Source of the DNA: Eledone cirrhosa
Lineage: Eukaryota
DNA: 64,000 nt
Direction of reading: 5' to 3'
Assembly (NCBI GenBank): GCA_964016885.1
Contig: OZ024740.1
Span: 6,324,001 to 6,388,000, forward strand
The position numbers were made by a program, and so were the translations under genes. Under the pieces are notes generated by a model. The model saw nothing but the letters and a program-made list of their open reading frames with translations, was not told where the DNA came from and did no database searches. Positions 1 to 15,000 of the stretch are shown piece after piece (position 1 is the stretch's first letter; each line of letters starts with the position of its first letter).

Positions 1-3000
1 GTTATTTCACAAGATATCTTCTATTTTGTCCAGTTATTTCACAAGATATATTCTATTTTGTCCAGTTATTTCACAAGATATATTCTATTTTGTCCAGTTA
101 TTTCACAAGATATCTTCTATTTTGACCAGTTATTTCACAAGATATCTTCTATTTTGACCAGTCATTCCACAAGATATCTTCTACTTTGTCCAGTTATTTC
201 ACAAGATATCTTCTATTTTGACCAGTTATTTCACAAGATATATTCTATTTTGTCCAGTCATTTCACAGGATATATTCTACTTTGTCCAGTTATTTCACAA
301 GATATCTTCTACATTACCCAATCATTTCACAAGATATATTCTACTTTATCCAAACATTTCACTAGATATCTTTTATTTTGTCGAGTTATTTTACAAGATA
401 TCTTCTACTTTGTACAATCATTTCACAAGATATATTCTATATTGTCCAGTTATTTCACAAGATATCTTCTACTTGTCCAGTTATTTCACAAGATATATTC
501 TATTTTGTCCAGTCATTCCACAAGATATCTTCTACTTTGTCCAGTTATTTCACAAGATATCTTCTATTTTCCCAGTTATTTCACAAGATATCTTCTCTTT
601 TGTCCAGTTATTTCACAAGATATCTTCTTTTTTGTCCAATCATTTCACAAGATATATTCTATTTTGTCCAGTTATTTCACAAGATATCTTCTATTTTCCC
701 AGTTATTTCACAAGATATTTTCTACTTTGTCCAGTTATTTCACAAGATATCTTCTATTTTCCCAGTTATTTGACAAGATATCTTCTACTTTATCCAATCA
801 TTTCATTAGATATCTTTTATTTTGTCGAGTTATTTTACAAGATATCTTCTACTTTGTACAATCATTTCACAAGATATATTCTATTTTGTCCAGTTATTTC
901 ACAAAATAACTTCTATTTTGTCCAGTTATTTCACAAGATATATTCTATTTTGTCAGTTATTTCACAACATATATTCTACTTTGTCCAGTTATTTCACAAG
1001 AAATATTCTATGTTGTCCAGTTATTTCACAAGATATATTCTATTTTATCCAGTTATTTCACAACATATATTCTATCTTGTCCAGTTACTTCACAAGATAT
1101 ATTCTAGTTTGTCCAGTTATATCACAAGATATATTCTATTTTGTCCAGTTATTACCCAAGATATGTTCTATTTTGTCCAGTTATTTCACAAGATATATTC
1201 TATTTTGTCCAGTTATTTCACAAGATATATTCTATTTTGTCAGTTATTTCACAACATATATTCTACTTTGTCCAGTTATTTCACAAGATATCCCCTACTT
1301 GTCCAGTTATTTCACAAGATATATTCTATTTTGTCCAGTCATTGCACAAGATATCTTCTAATCTGTCCAGTTATTTCACAAGTTATCTTCTATTTTGACC
1401 AGTTATTTCACAAGATATATTCTATTTTGTGCAGTCATTTCACAGGATATATTCTACTTTGTCCAGTTATTTCACAAGATATCTTCTACATTACCCAATC
1501 ATTTCACAAGATATATTCTACTTTATCCAAACATTTCACTAGATATCTTTTATTTTGTCGAGTTATTTTACAAGATATCTTCTACTTTGTACAATCATTT
1601 CACAAGATTTATTCTATATTGTCCAGTTATTTCACAAGATATCTTCTACTTGTCCAGTTATTTCACAAGATATATTCTATTTTGTCCAGTCATTCCACAA
1701 GATATCTTCTACTTTGTCCAGTTATTTCACAAGATATCTTCTATTTTCCCAGTTATTTCACAAGATATCTTCTCTTTTGTCCAGTTATTTCACAAGATAT
1801 CTTCTTTTTTGTCCAATCATTTCACAAGATATATTCTATTTTGTCCAGTTATTTCACAAGATATCTTCGATATTGTCCAGTCATTTCGCAAGATATCTTC
1901 TACTTTGTCTTGTTATTTCACAAGATGTCTACTACTTTACCCAATCATTTCACTAGATATCTTTCATTTTGTCCAGTTATTTTACAAGATATCTTCTACT
2001 TTGTACAATCATTTCACAACATATATTCTATTTTGTCCAGTTATTTCACATGATATCTTCTACTTTGTCCTGTTATTTCACAAGATATATTCTTTTTTGT
2101 CCAGTTATTTCACAAGATATCACCTACTCGTCCAGTTATTTCACAAGATATATTCTATTTTGTCCAGTCATTCCACAAGATATCTTCTACTCTGTCCAGT
2201 TATTTCACAAGATATCTTCTACTTTGTCCAGTTGTTTCACAAGATATCACATACTCGTCCAGTTATTTCACAAGATATATTCTATTTTATCCAGTCATTT
2301 CACAAGATATATTCTATTTTGTACAGTTATTTCACAACATATATTGTAATTTGTCCAGTTACTTCACAAGATATATTCTATTTTGTCCAGTCATTCCACA
2401 AGATATATTCTTTTTTGTCCAGTTATTTCACAAGATATCACCTACTCGTCCAGTTATTTCACAAGATATATTCTATTTTATCCAGTCATTTCACAAGATA
2501 TATTCTATTTTGTACAGTTATTTCACAACATATATTGTAATTTGTCCAGTTACTTCACAAGATATATTCTATTTCGTCCAGTTATTTCACAAATATATTC
2601 TACTTTGTCCAGTCATTTCACAAGATATATTCTATTTTATACAGTTATTACACAAGATATCTTCTACATTGTCCAGTTTTTTCACAAGATATCTTCTACT
2701 TTGTCCAATCATTTCACAAGATATATTCTATTTTGTTCAGTCATTTCATAAGATATATTCTATTTTATCCAGTTATTTCACAAGATATCTTCTACATTGA
2801 CCAGTTATGTCACAACATATATTCTAATTTGTCTGGTTATTTCACAAGATATATTCTATTTTGTCCAGTTATTTCACAAGATATCTTCTATTTTGTCATG
2901 TTATTTCACAAGATATCTTCTATTTTGTCCAGTTATTTCACAAGATATCTTCTACTTTGTCCAGTTGTTTCACAAGATGTATTCTATTTTATCCAGTCAT

Positions 3001-6000
3001 TTCACAAGATATATTCTATTTTGTACAGTTATTTCACAACATATAATGTAATTTGTCCAGGTACTTCACAAGATATATTCTATTTTGTCCAGTTATTTCA
3101 CAAATATATTCTATTTTGTCCAGTTATTTCACAAGATATATTCTATTTTGTCAGTTATTTCACAACATATATTCTACTTTGTCCAGTTATTTCACAAGAT
3201 ATATTCTAGTTTGTCCAGTTATATCACAAGATATATTCTATTTTGTCCAGTTATTACCCAAGATATGTTCTATTTTGTCCAGTTATTTCACAAGATATAT
3301 TCTATTTTGTCCAGTTATTTCACAAGATATCTTCTATTTTGTCCAGTTATTTCACAAGATATCTTCTATTTTGTCCAGTTATTTCACAAGAAATATTCTA
3401 TTTTGTCAAGTTATTTCACAAGATATCTTCTATTTTGTCCAGTTATTTCACAAGATATATTCTATTTTGTCCAGTTATTTCACAAGATATATTCTATTTT
3501 GTCCAGTTATTTCACAAGATATCTTCTATTTTGACCAGTTATTTCACAAGATATCTTCTATTTTGACCAGTCATTCCACAAGATATCTTCTACTTTGTCC
3601 AGTTATTTCACAAGATATCTTCTATTTTGACCAGTTATTTCACAAGATATATTCTATTTTGTCCAGTCATTTCACAGGATATATTCTACTTTGTCCAGTT
3701 ATTTCACAAGATATCTTCTACATTACCCAATCATTTCACAAGATATATTCTACTTTATCCAAACATTTCACTAGATATCTTTTATTTTGTCGAGTTATTT
3801 TACAAGATATCTTCTACTTTGTACAATCATTTCACAAGATATATTCTATATTGTCCAGTTATTTCACAAGATATCTTCTACTTGTCCAGTTATTTCACAA
3901 GATATATTCTATTTTGTCCAGTCATTCCACAAGATATCTTCTACTTTGTCCAGTTATTTCACAAGATATCTTCTATTTTCCCAGTTATTTCACAAGATAT
4001 CTTCTCTTTTGTCCAGTTATTTCACAAGATATCTTCTTTTTTGTCCAATCATTTCACAAGATATATTCTATTTTGTCCAGTTATTTCACAAGATATCTTC
4101 GATATTGTCCAGTCATTTCGCAAGATATCTTCTACTTTGTCTTGTTATTTCACAAGATGTCTACTACTTTACCCAATCATTTCACTAGATATCTTTCATT
4201 TTGTCCAGTTATTTTACAAGATATCTTCTACTTTGTACAATCATTTCACAACATATATTCTATTTTGTCCAGTTATTTCACATGATATCTTCTACTTTGT
4301 CCTGTTATTTCACAAGATATATTCTTTTTTGTCCAGTTATTTCACAAGATATCACCTACTCGTCCAGTTATTTCACAAGATATATTCTATTTTGTCCAGT
4401 CATTCCACAAGATATCTTCTACTCTGTCCAGTTATTTCACAAGATATCTTCTACTTTGTCCAGTTGTTTCACAAGATATCACCTACTCGTCCAGTTATTT
4501 CACAAGATATATTATATTTTATCCAGTCATTTCACAAGATATATTCTATTTTGTACAGTTATTTCACAACATATATTGTAATTTGTCCAGTTACTTCACA
4601 AGATATATTCTATTTTGTCCAGTCATTCCACAAGATATATTCTTTTTTGTCCAGTTATTTCACAAGATATCACCTACTCGTCCAGTTATTTCACAAGATA
4701 TATTCTATTTTATCCAGTCATTTCACAAGATATATTCTATTTTGTACAGTTATTTCACAACATATATTGTAATTTGTCCAGTTACTTCACAAGATATATT
4801 CTATTTCGTCCAGTTATTTCACAAATATATTCTACTTTGTCCAGTCATTTCACAAGATATATTCTATTTTATACAGTTATTACACAAGATATCTTCTACA
4901 TTGTCCAGTTTTTTCACAAGATATCTTCTACTTTGTCCAATCATTTCACAAGATATATTCTATTTTAGCCAGTTATTTCACAAGATATATTCTATTTTGT
5001 CCAGTCATTCCACAAGATATCTTCTACTTTGTCCAGTTATTTCACAAGATATATTCTATTTTGTCAGTTATTTCACAACATATATTCTACTTTGTCCAGT
5101 TATTTCACAAGATATCCCCTACTTGTCCAGTTATTTCACAAGATATATTCTATTTTGTCCAGTCATTGCACAAGATATATTCTACTTTGTCCAGTTATTT
5201 CACAAGATATCTTCTACTTTACCCAATCATTTCACAAGATATATTCTATTTTGTTCAGTCATTTCATAAGATATATTCTATTTTATCCAGTTATTTCACA
5301 AGATATCTTCTACATTGACCAGTTATGTCACAACATATATTCTAATTTGTCTGGTTATTTCACAAGATATATTCTATTTTGTCCAGTTATTTCACAAGAT
5401 ATCTTCTATTTTGTCATGTTATTTCACAAGATATCTTCTATTTTGTCCAGTTATTTCACAAGATATCTTCTACTTTGTCCAGTTGTTTCACAAGATGTAT
5501 TCTATTTTATCCAGTCATTTCACAAGATATATTCTATTTTGTACAGTTATTTCACAACATATAATGTAATTTGTCCAGGTACTTCACAAGATATATTCTA
5601 TTTTGTCCAGTTATTTCACAAATATATTCTATTTTGTCCAGTTATTTCACAAGATATATTCTATTTTGTCAGTTATTTCACAACATATATTCTACTTTGT
5701 CCAGTTATTTCACAAGATATATTCTAGTTTGTCCAGTTATATCACAAGATATATTCTATTTTGTCCAGTTATTACCCAAGATATGTTCTATTTTGTCCAG
5801 TTATTTCACAAGATATATTCTATTTTGTCCAGTTATTTCACAAGATATCTTCTATTTTGTCCAGTTATTTCACAAGATATCTTCTATTTTGTCCAGTTAT
5901 TTCACAAGAAATATTCTATTTTGTCAAGTTATTTCACAAGATATCTTCTATTTTGTCCAGTTATTTCACAAGATATATTCTATTTTGTCCAGTTATTTCA

Positions 6001-9000
6001 CAAGATATATTCTATTTTGTCCAGTTATTTCACAAGATATCTTCTATTTTGACCAGTTATTTCACAAGATATCTTCTATTTTGACCAGTCATTCCACAAG
6101 ATATCTTCTACTTTGTCCAGTTATTTCACAAGATATCTTCTATTTTCCCAGTTATTTCACAAGATATCTTCTCTTTTGTCCAGTTATTTCACAAGATATC
6201 TTCTTTTTTGTCCAATCATTTCACAAGATATATTCTATTTTGTCCAGTTATTTCACAAGATATCTTCGATATTGTCCAGTCATTTCGCAAGATATCTTCT
6301 ACTTTGTCTTGTTATTTCACAAGATGTCTACTACTTTACCCAATCATTTCACTAGATATCTTTTATTTTGTCCAGTTATTTTACAAGATATCTTCTACTT
6401 TGTACAATCATTTCACAAGATATATTCTATTTTGTCCAGTTATTTCACATGATATCTTCTACTTTGTCCTGTTATTTCACAAGATATATTCTATTTTGTC
6501 CAGTTATTTCACAAGATATCTCCTACTCGTCCAGTTATTTCACAAGATATCTTCTACTTTGTCCAGTTATTTCACAAGATATCTTCTATTTTGTCGAGTT
6601 ATTTCACAAGATATCTTCTATTTTGTCCAGTTATTTCACAAGAAATATTCTATTTTGTCAAGTTATTTCACAAGATATCTTCTATTTTGTCCAGTTATTT
6701 CACAAGATATATTCTATTTTGTCCAGTTATTTCACAAGATATATTCTATTTTGTCCAGTTATTTCACAAGATATCTTCTATTTTGACCAGTTATTTCACA
6801 AGATATCTTCTATTTTGACCAGTCATTCCACAAGATATCTTCTACTTTGTCCAGTTATTTCACAAGATATCTTCTATTTTCCCAGTTATTTCACAAGATA
6901 TCTTCTATTTTGTCCAGTTATTTCACAAAATATGTTCTATTTTGTCCAGTTATTTCACAAGATATCTTCTACTTTGTCCAGTCATTTCACAAGATATATT
7001 CTACTTTGTCCAGTCATTTCACAAGATATATTCTATTTTGTTCAGTTATTTCACAAGATATATTCTACTTTGTCCAGCTACTTCTCAAGATATCTTCGTC
7101 ATTGTCCAGTTATTTCACAAGATATATTCTATTTTGTCCAGTTATTTCACAAGATATCTTCTATTTTGTCCAGTTATTTCACAAGATATATTCTATTTTG
7201 TCCAGTTATTTCACAAGATATCTTCTATTTTGTCCAATCATTTTACAGGATATCTTCTACTTTGTCTTGTTATTTCACAAGATATTTTCTACTTCGTCCA
7301 GTTATTTCACAACATATCTTCTATTTTGTCCAGTCATTTCACAAGATATATTCTATTTTGTCCAGTTATTTCACAAGATATTTTCTACTTTGTCCAGTTA
7401 TTTCACAAGATATCTTCTATTTTCCCAGTTATTTGACAAGATATCTTCTACTTTGTCCAGTCATTTCACAAGATATATTCTATTTTGTCCAGTTATTTCA
7501 CAAATATATTCTACTTTGTCCAGTCATTTCACAAGATATATTCTATTTTATACAGTTATTACACAAGATATCTTCTACATTGTCCAGTTTTTTCACAAGA
7601 TATCTTCTACTTTGTCCAATCATTTCACAAGATATATTCTATTTTAGCCAGTTATTTCACAAGATATCTTCTATTTTGTCCAGTTATTTCACAAGATATA
7701 TTCTATTTTGTCCAGTCATTCCACAAGATATCTTCTAATCTGTCCAGTTATTTCACAAGATATCTTCTATTTTGACCAGTTATTTCACAAGATATATTCT
7801 ATTTTGTCCAGTCATTTCACAAGATATATTCTACTTTGTCCAGTTAATTCACAAGATATCTTCTATTTCGTCCAGTCATTTCACAAGATATCTTCTACTT
7901 TGTCCAGTTATTTCACAAGATATCTTCTATTTTGACCAGTTATTTCACAAGATATCTTCTATTTTGTCCAGTTATTTCACAAGATATCTTCTACATTATC
8001 CAGTTATTTCGCAAGATATATTCTACTTTCTCCAGTTATTTCACAAGATTTCTTCTATTTTGTCCAGTTATTTGACAAGATATCTTCTACTTTGTCCAAT
8101 CATTTCACAAGATATATTCTACTTTGTCTAGTTATTTCACAAGATTTCTTCTATTTTGTCCAGTTATTTCCCAAGATATATTCTACTTTGTCCAGTCATT
8201 TCATAAGATATATTCTATTTTGTCCAATCATTTCACAAGATACCTTCTACATTGTCCAGTTATTCCACAAGATATCTTTTATTTTGTCCAGTTATTTCAC
8301 AAGATATCTTATACTTTGTCCAGTTATTCCACAAGATATCTTCTATTTTGTCCAGTTATTTCACAAGATATCTTCTACTTTGTCCAGTTATTCCACAAGA
8401 TATCTTCTATTTTGTCCAGTTATTTCACAAGATATCTTCTATTTTGTCCAGTTATTTCACAAGATATCTTCTACTTTGTCCAGTTATTCCACAAGATATC
8501 TTCTACTTTGTCCAGTTATTTCACAAGATATCTTCTATTTTGTCCAGTTATTACACACGATATCTTCTATTTTGTCCAGTTATTTCACAAGATATCTTCT
8601 ATTTTGTCCAGTCATTTCACAAGATATCTTCTACTTTGTTCAGTTATTCCACAAGATATCTTCTACTTTGTCCAGTTATTTCACAAGATATCTTCTCTTT
8701 TGACCAGTTATTTCACAAGATATCTTCTATTTTGTCCAGTTATTTCACTAGATATCTTCTACATTGTCCAGTTATTTCACAAGATATATTCTACTTTGTC
8801 CAGTTATTTCACAAGATATATTCTACTTCGTCCAGACATTTCACAAGATATCTTCTACTTTATCCAGTTATTTCACAAGATATCTTCTATTTCGTCCAGT
8901 CATTTCACAAGATATCTTCTACTTTGTCCAGACATTTCACAAGCTATCTTCTATTTTGTCCAGTTATTTCACAAGATAGCTTCTAATTTGTCCAGTTATT

Positions 9001-12000
9001 TCACAAGATATATTCTATTTTGTCCAGTTATTTCACAAGATATATTCTACTTTGTCCAGTTATTTCACAAGATATATTCTACTTTGTCCAGACATTTCAC
9101 AAGATATCTTCTAATTTGTCCAGTTATTTCACAAGATATCTTCTACTTTGTCCAGTTATTTCACAAGATATATTCTATTTTGTCCAGTCATTTCACAAGA
9201 TATATTCTATTTTCTCCAGTTAATTCACAAGATATCTCCTACTTGTCCAGTTATTTCACAAGATATATTCTACTTTGTCCAGTTATTCCACAAGATATCT
9301 TCTATTTCGTCCACTTATTTCACAAGATATCTTCTATTTTGTCCAGTTATTTCACAAGATATCTTCTATTTTGTCCAGTCATTTCACAAGATATCTTCTA
9401 CTTTGTTCAGTTATTCCACAAGATATCTTCTACTTTGTCCAGTTATTTCACAAGATATCTTCTCTTTTGACCAGTTATTTCACAAGATATCTTCTATTTT
9501 TTCCAGTTATTTCACTAGATATCTTCTACATTGTCCAGTTATTTCACAAGATATATTCTACTTTGTCCAGTTATTTCACAAGATATATTCTACTTCGTCC
9601 AGACATTTCACAAGATATCTTCTACTTTATCCAGTTATTTCACAAGATATCTTCTCTTTCGTCCAGTCATTTCACAAGATATCTTCTACTTTGTCCAGAC
9701 ATTTCACAAGCTATCTTCTATTTTGTCCAGTTATTTCACAAGATAGCTTCTAATTTGTCCAGTTATTTCACAAGATATATTCTATTTTGTCCAGTTATTT
9801 CACAAGATATATTCTACTTTGTCCAGTTATTTCACAAGATATATTCTACTTTGCCAGACATTTCACAAGATATCTTCTAATTTGTCCAGTTATTTCACAA
9901 GATATCTTCTACTTTGTCCAGTTATTCCACAAGATATCTTCTATTTTGTCCACTTATTTCACAAGATATCTTCTATTTTGTCCAGTTATTTCACAAGATA
10001 TCTTCTACTTTGTCCAGTTATTCCACAAGATATCTTCTATTTTGTCCAGTTATTTCACAAGATATCTTCTACTTTGTCCAGTTATTCCACAAGATATCTT
10101 CTATTTTGTCCAGTTATTTCACAAGATATCTTCTATTTTGTCCAGTTATTTCACAAGATATCTTCTACTTTGTCCAGTTATTCCACAAGATATCTTCTAT
10201 TTTGTCCAGTTATTTCACAAGATAGCTTCTACTTTGTTCAGACATTTCACAAGATATCTTCTACTTTGTCCAGTTATTTCACAAGATATATTCTACTTCG
10301 TCCAGACATTTCACAAGATATCTTCTATTTTGTCCAGTTATTTCACAAGATATCTTCTATTTCGTCCAGTCATTTCACAAGATATTTTCTACTTTGTCCA
10401 GTTATTTCACAAGATATCTTCTATTTTGACCAGTTATTTCACAAGATATCTTCTATTTTGTCCAGTTATTTCACAAGATATCTTCTACATTGTCCAGTTA
10501 TTTTACAAGATATATTCTACTTTCTCCAGTTATTTCACAAGATTTCTTCTATTTTGTCCAGTTATTTCCCAAGATATATTCTACTTCGTCCAGACATTTC
10601 ACAAGATATCTTCTATTTTGTCCAGTTATTTCACAAGATATCTTCTATTTCGTCCAGTCATTTCACAAGATATTTTCTACTTCGTCCAGTTATTTCACAA
10701 GATATCTTCTATTTTGACCAGTTATTTCACAAGATATCTTCTATTTTGTCCAGTTATTTCACAAGATATCTTCTACTTTGTCCAGTTATTCCACAAGATA
10801 TCTTCTATTTTGTCCAGGTATTTCACAAGATATCTACTACTTTGTCCAGTTATTCCACAAGATATCTTCTATTTTGTCCAGTTATTTCACAAGATATCTT
10901 CTACTTTGTCCAGTTATTCCACAAGATATCTTCTATTTTGTCCAGTTATTTCACAAGATATCTTCTATTTTGTCCAGTTATTTCACAAGATATCTTCTAC
11001 TTTGTCCAGTTATTCCACAAGATATCTTCTATTTTGTCCAGTTATTTCACAAGATATCTTCTACTTTGTCCAGTTATTTCACAAGATATATTCTACTTCG
11101 TCCAGTTATTTCACAAGATTTCTTCTATTTTGTCCAGTTATTTCCCAAGATATATTCTACTTTGTCCAGTCATTTCACAAGATATATTCTATTTTGTCCA
11201 GTTATTTCACAAGATATCTTCTACTTTGTCCAGTTATTCCACAAGATATCTTCTATTTTGTCCAGTTATTTCACAAGATATCTTCTATTTTGTCCATTTA
11301 TTTCACAAGATATCTTCTATTTCGTCCAGTCATTTCACAAGATATCTTCTACTTTGTCCAGTTATTTCACAAGATATCTTCTATTTTGACCAGTTATTTC
11401 ACAAGATATCTTCTATTTTGTCCAGTTATGTGACAAGATATCTTCTACATTATCCAGTTATTTCGCAAGATATATTCTACTTTCTCCAGTTATTTCACAA
11501 GATTTCTTCTATTTTGTCCAGTTATTTGACAAGATATCTTCTACTTTGTCCAATCATTTCACAAGATATATTCTACTTTGTCTAGTTATTTCACAAGATT
11601 TCTTCTATTTTGTCCAGTTATTTCCCAAGATATATTCTACTTTGTCCAGTCATTTCATAAGATATATTCTATTTTGTCCAATCATTTCACAAGATATCTT
11701 CTACATTGTCCAGTTATTCCACAAGATATCTTCTATTTTGTCCAGTTATTTCACAAGATATCTTCTACTTTGTCCAGTTATTCCACAAGATATCTTCTAT
11801 TTTGTCCAGTTATTTCACAAGATATCTTCTACTTTGTCTAGTTATTCCACAAGATATCTTCTATTTTGTCCAGTTATTTCACAAGATATCTTCTATTTTG
11901 TCCAGTCATTTCACAAGATATCTTCTACTTTGTTCAGTTATTCCACAAGATATCTTCTACTTTGTCCAGTTATTTCACAAGATATCTTCTCTTTTGACCA

Positions 12001-15000
12001 GTTATTTCACAAGATATCTTCTATTTTGTCCAGTTATTTCAATAGATATCTTCTACATTGTCCAGTTATTTCACAAGATATATTCTACTTTGTCCAGTTA
12101 TTTCACAAGATATATTCTACTTCGTCCAGACATTTCACAAGATACCTTCTACTTTATCCAGTTATTTCACAAGATATCTTCTATTTCGTCCAGTCATTTC
12201 ACAACATATCTTCTACTTTGTCCAGACATTTCACAAGCTATCTTCTATTTTGTCCAGTTATTTCACAAGATAGCTTCTAATTTGTCCAGTTATTTCACAA
12301 GATATATTCTATTTTGTCCAGTTATTTCACAAGATATATTCTACTTTGTCCAGTTATTTCACAAGATATATTCTACTTTGTCCAGACATTTCACAAGATA
12401 TCTTCTAATTTGTCCAGTTATTTCACAAGATATCTTCTACTTTGTCCAGTTATTTCACAAGATATATTCTATTTTGTCCAGTCATTTTACAAGATATATT
12501 CTATTTTCTCCAGTTAATTCACAAGATATCTCCTACTTGTCCAGTTATTTCACAAGATATATTCTACTTTGTCCAGTTATTCCACAAGATATCTTCTATT
12601 TTGTCCACTTATTTCACAAGATATCTTCTATTTTGTCCAGTTATTTCACAAGATATCTTCTACTTTGTCCAGTTATTCCACAAGATATCTTCTATTTTGT
12701 CCAGTTATTTCACAAGATATCTTCTACTTTGTCCAGTTATTCCACAAGATATCTTCTATTTTGTCCAGTTATTTCACAAGATATCTTCTATTTTGTCCAG
12801 TTATTTCACAAGATATCTTCTATTTTGTCCAGTCATTTCACAAGATATCTTCTACTTTGTTCAGTTATTCCACAAGATATCTTCTACTTTGTCCATATAT
12901 TTCACAAGATATCTTCTCTTTTGACCAGTTATTTCACTAGATATCTTCTACATTGTCCAGTTATTTCACAAGATATATTCTACTTTGTCCAGTTATTTCA
13001 CAAGATATATTCTACTTCGTCCAGACATTTCACAAGATATCTTCTCTTTTGACCAGTTATTTCACTAGATATCTTCTACATTGTCCAGTTATTTCCCAAG
13101 ATATATTCTACTTTGTCCAGTCATTTCATAAGATATATTCAATTTTGTCCAATCATTTCACAAGATATCTTCTACATTGTCCAGTTATTCCACAAGATAT
13201 CTTCTATTTTGTCCAGTTATTTCACAAGATATCTTCTACTTTGTCCAGTTATTCCACAAGATATATTCTACTTTGTCCAGACATTTCACAAGATATCTTC
13301 TAATTTGTCCAGTTATTTCACAAGATATATTCTACTTCGTCCAGGCATTTCACAAGATATCTTCTACTTTATCCAGTTATTTCACAAGATATCTTCTCTT
13401 TCGTCCAGTCATTTCACAAGATATCTTCTACTTTGTCCAGACATTTCACAAGCTATCTTCTATTTTGTCCAGTTATTTCACAAGATAGCTTCTAATTTGT
13501 CCAGTTATTTCACAAGATATATTCTATTTTGTCCAGTTATTTCACAAGATATATTCTACTTTGTCCAGTTATTTCACAAGATATATTCTACTTTGTCCAG
13601 ACATTTCACAAGATATCTTCTAATTTGTCCAGTTATTTCACAAGATATCTTCTACTTTGTCCAGTTATTTCACAAGATATATTCTATTTTGTCCAGTCAT
13701 TTCACAAGATATATTCTATTTTCTCCAGTTAATTCACAAGATATCTCCTACTTGTCCAGTTATTTCACAAGATATATTCTACTTTGTCCAGTTATTCCAC
13801 AAGATATCTTCTATTTTGTCCACTTATTTCACAAGATATCTTCTATTTTGTCCAGTTATTTCACAAGATATCTTCTACTTTGTCCAGTTATTCCACAAGA
13901 TATCTTCTATTTTGTCCAGTTATTTCACAAGATATCTTCTACTTTGTCCAGTTATTCCACAAGATATCTTCTATTTTGTCCAGTTATTTCACAAGATATC
14001 TTCTATTTTGTCCAGTTATTTCACAAGATATCTTCTACTTTGTCCAGTTATTCCACAAGATATCTTCTATTTTGTCCAGTTATTTCACAAGATATCTTCT
14101 ACTTTGTTCAGACATTTCACAAGATATCTTCTACTTTGTCCAGTTATTTCACAAGATATATTCTACTTCGTCCAGACATTTCACAAGATATCTTCTATTT
14201 TGTCCAGTTATTTCACAAGATATCTTCTATTTCGTCCAGTCATTTCACAAGATATTTTCTACTTTGTCCAGTTATTTCACAAGATATCTTCTATTTTGAC
14301 CAGTTATTTCACAAGATATCTTCTATTTTGTCCAGTTATTTTACAAGATATATTCTACTTTCTCCAGTTATTTCACAAGATTTCTTCTATTTTGTCCAGT
14401 TATTTCCCAAGATATATTCTGCTTCGTCCAGACATTTCACAAGATATCTTCTATTTTGTCCAGTTATTTCACAAGATATCTTCTATTTCGTCCAGTCATT
14501 TCACAAGATATTTTCTACTTTGTCCAGTTATTTCACAAGATATCTTCTATTTTGACCAGTTATTTCACAAGATATCTTCTATTTCGTCCAGTCATTTCAC
14601 AAGATATTTTCTACTTTGTCCAGTTATTTCACAAGATATCTTCTATTTTGACCAGTTATTTCACAAGATATCTTCTATTTTGTCCAGTTATTTTACAAGA
14701 TATATTCTACTTTCTCCAGTTATTTCACAAGATTTCTTCTATTTTGTCCAGTTATTTCCCAAGATATATTCTGCTTCGTCCAGACATTTCACAAGATATC
14801 TTCTATTTTGTCCAGTTATTTCACAAGATATCTTCTATTTCGTCCAGTCATTTCACAAGATATTTTCTACTTTGTCCAGTTATTTCACAAGATATCTTCT
14901 ATTTTGACCAGTTATTTCACAAGATATCTTCTATTTTGTCCAGTTATTTCACAAGATATCTTCTACTTTGTCCAATCATTTCACATGATATATTCTACTT

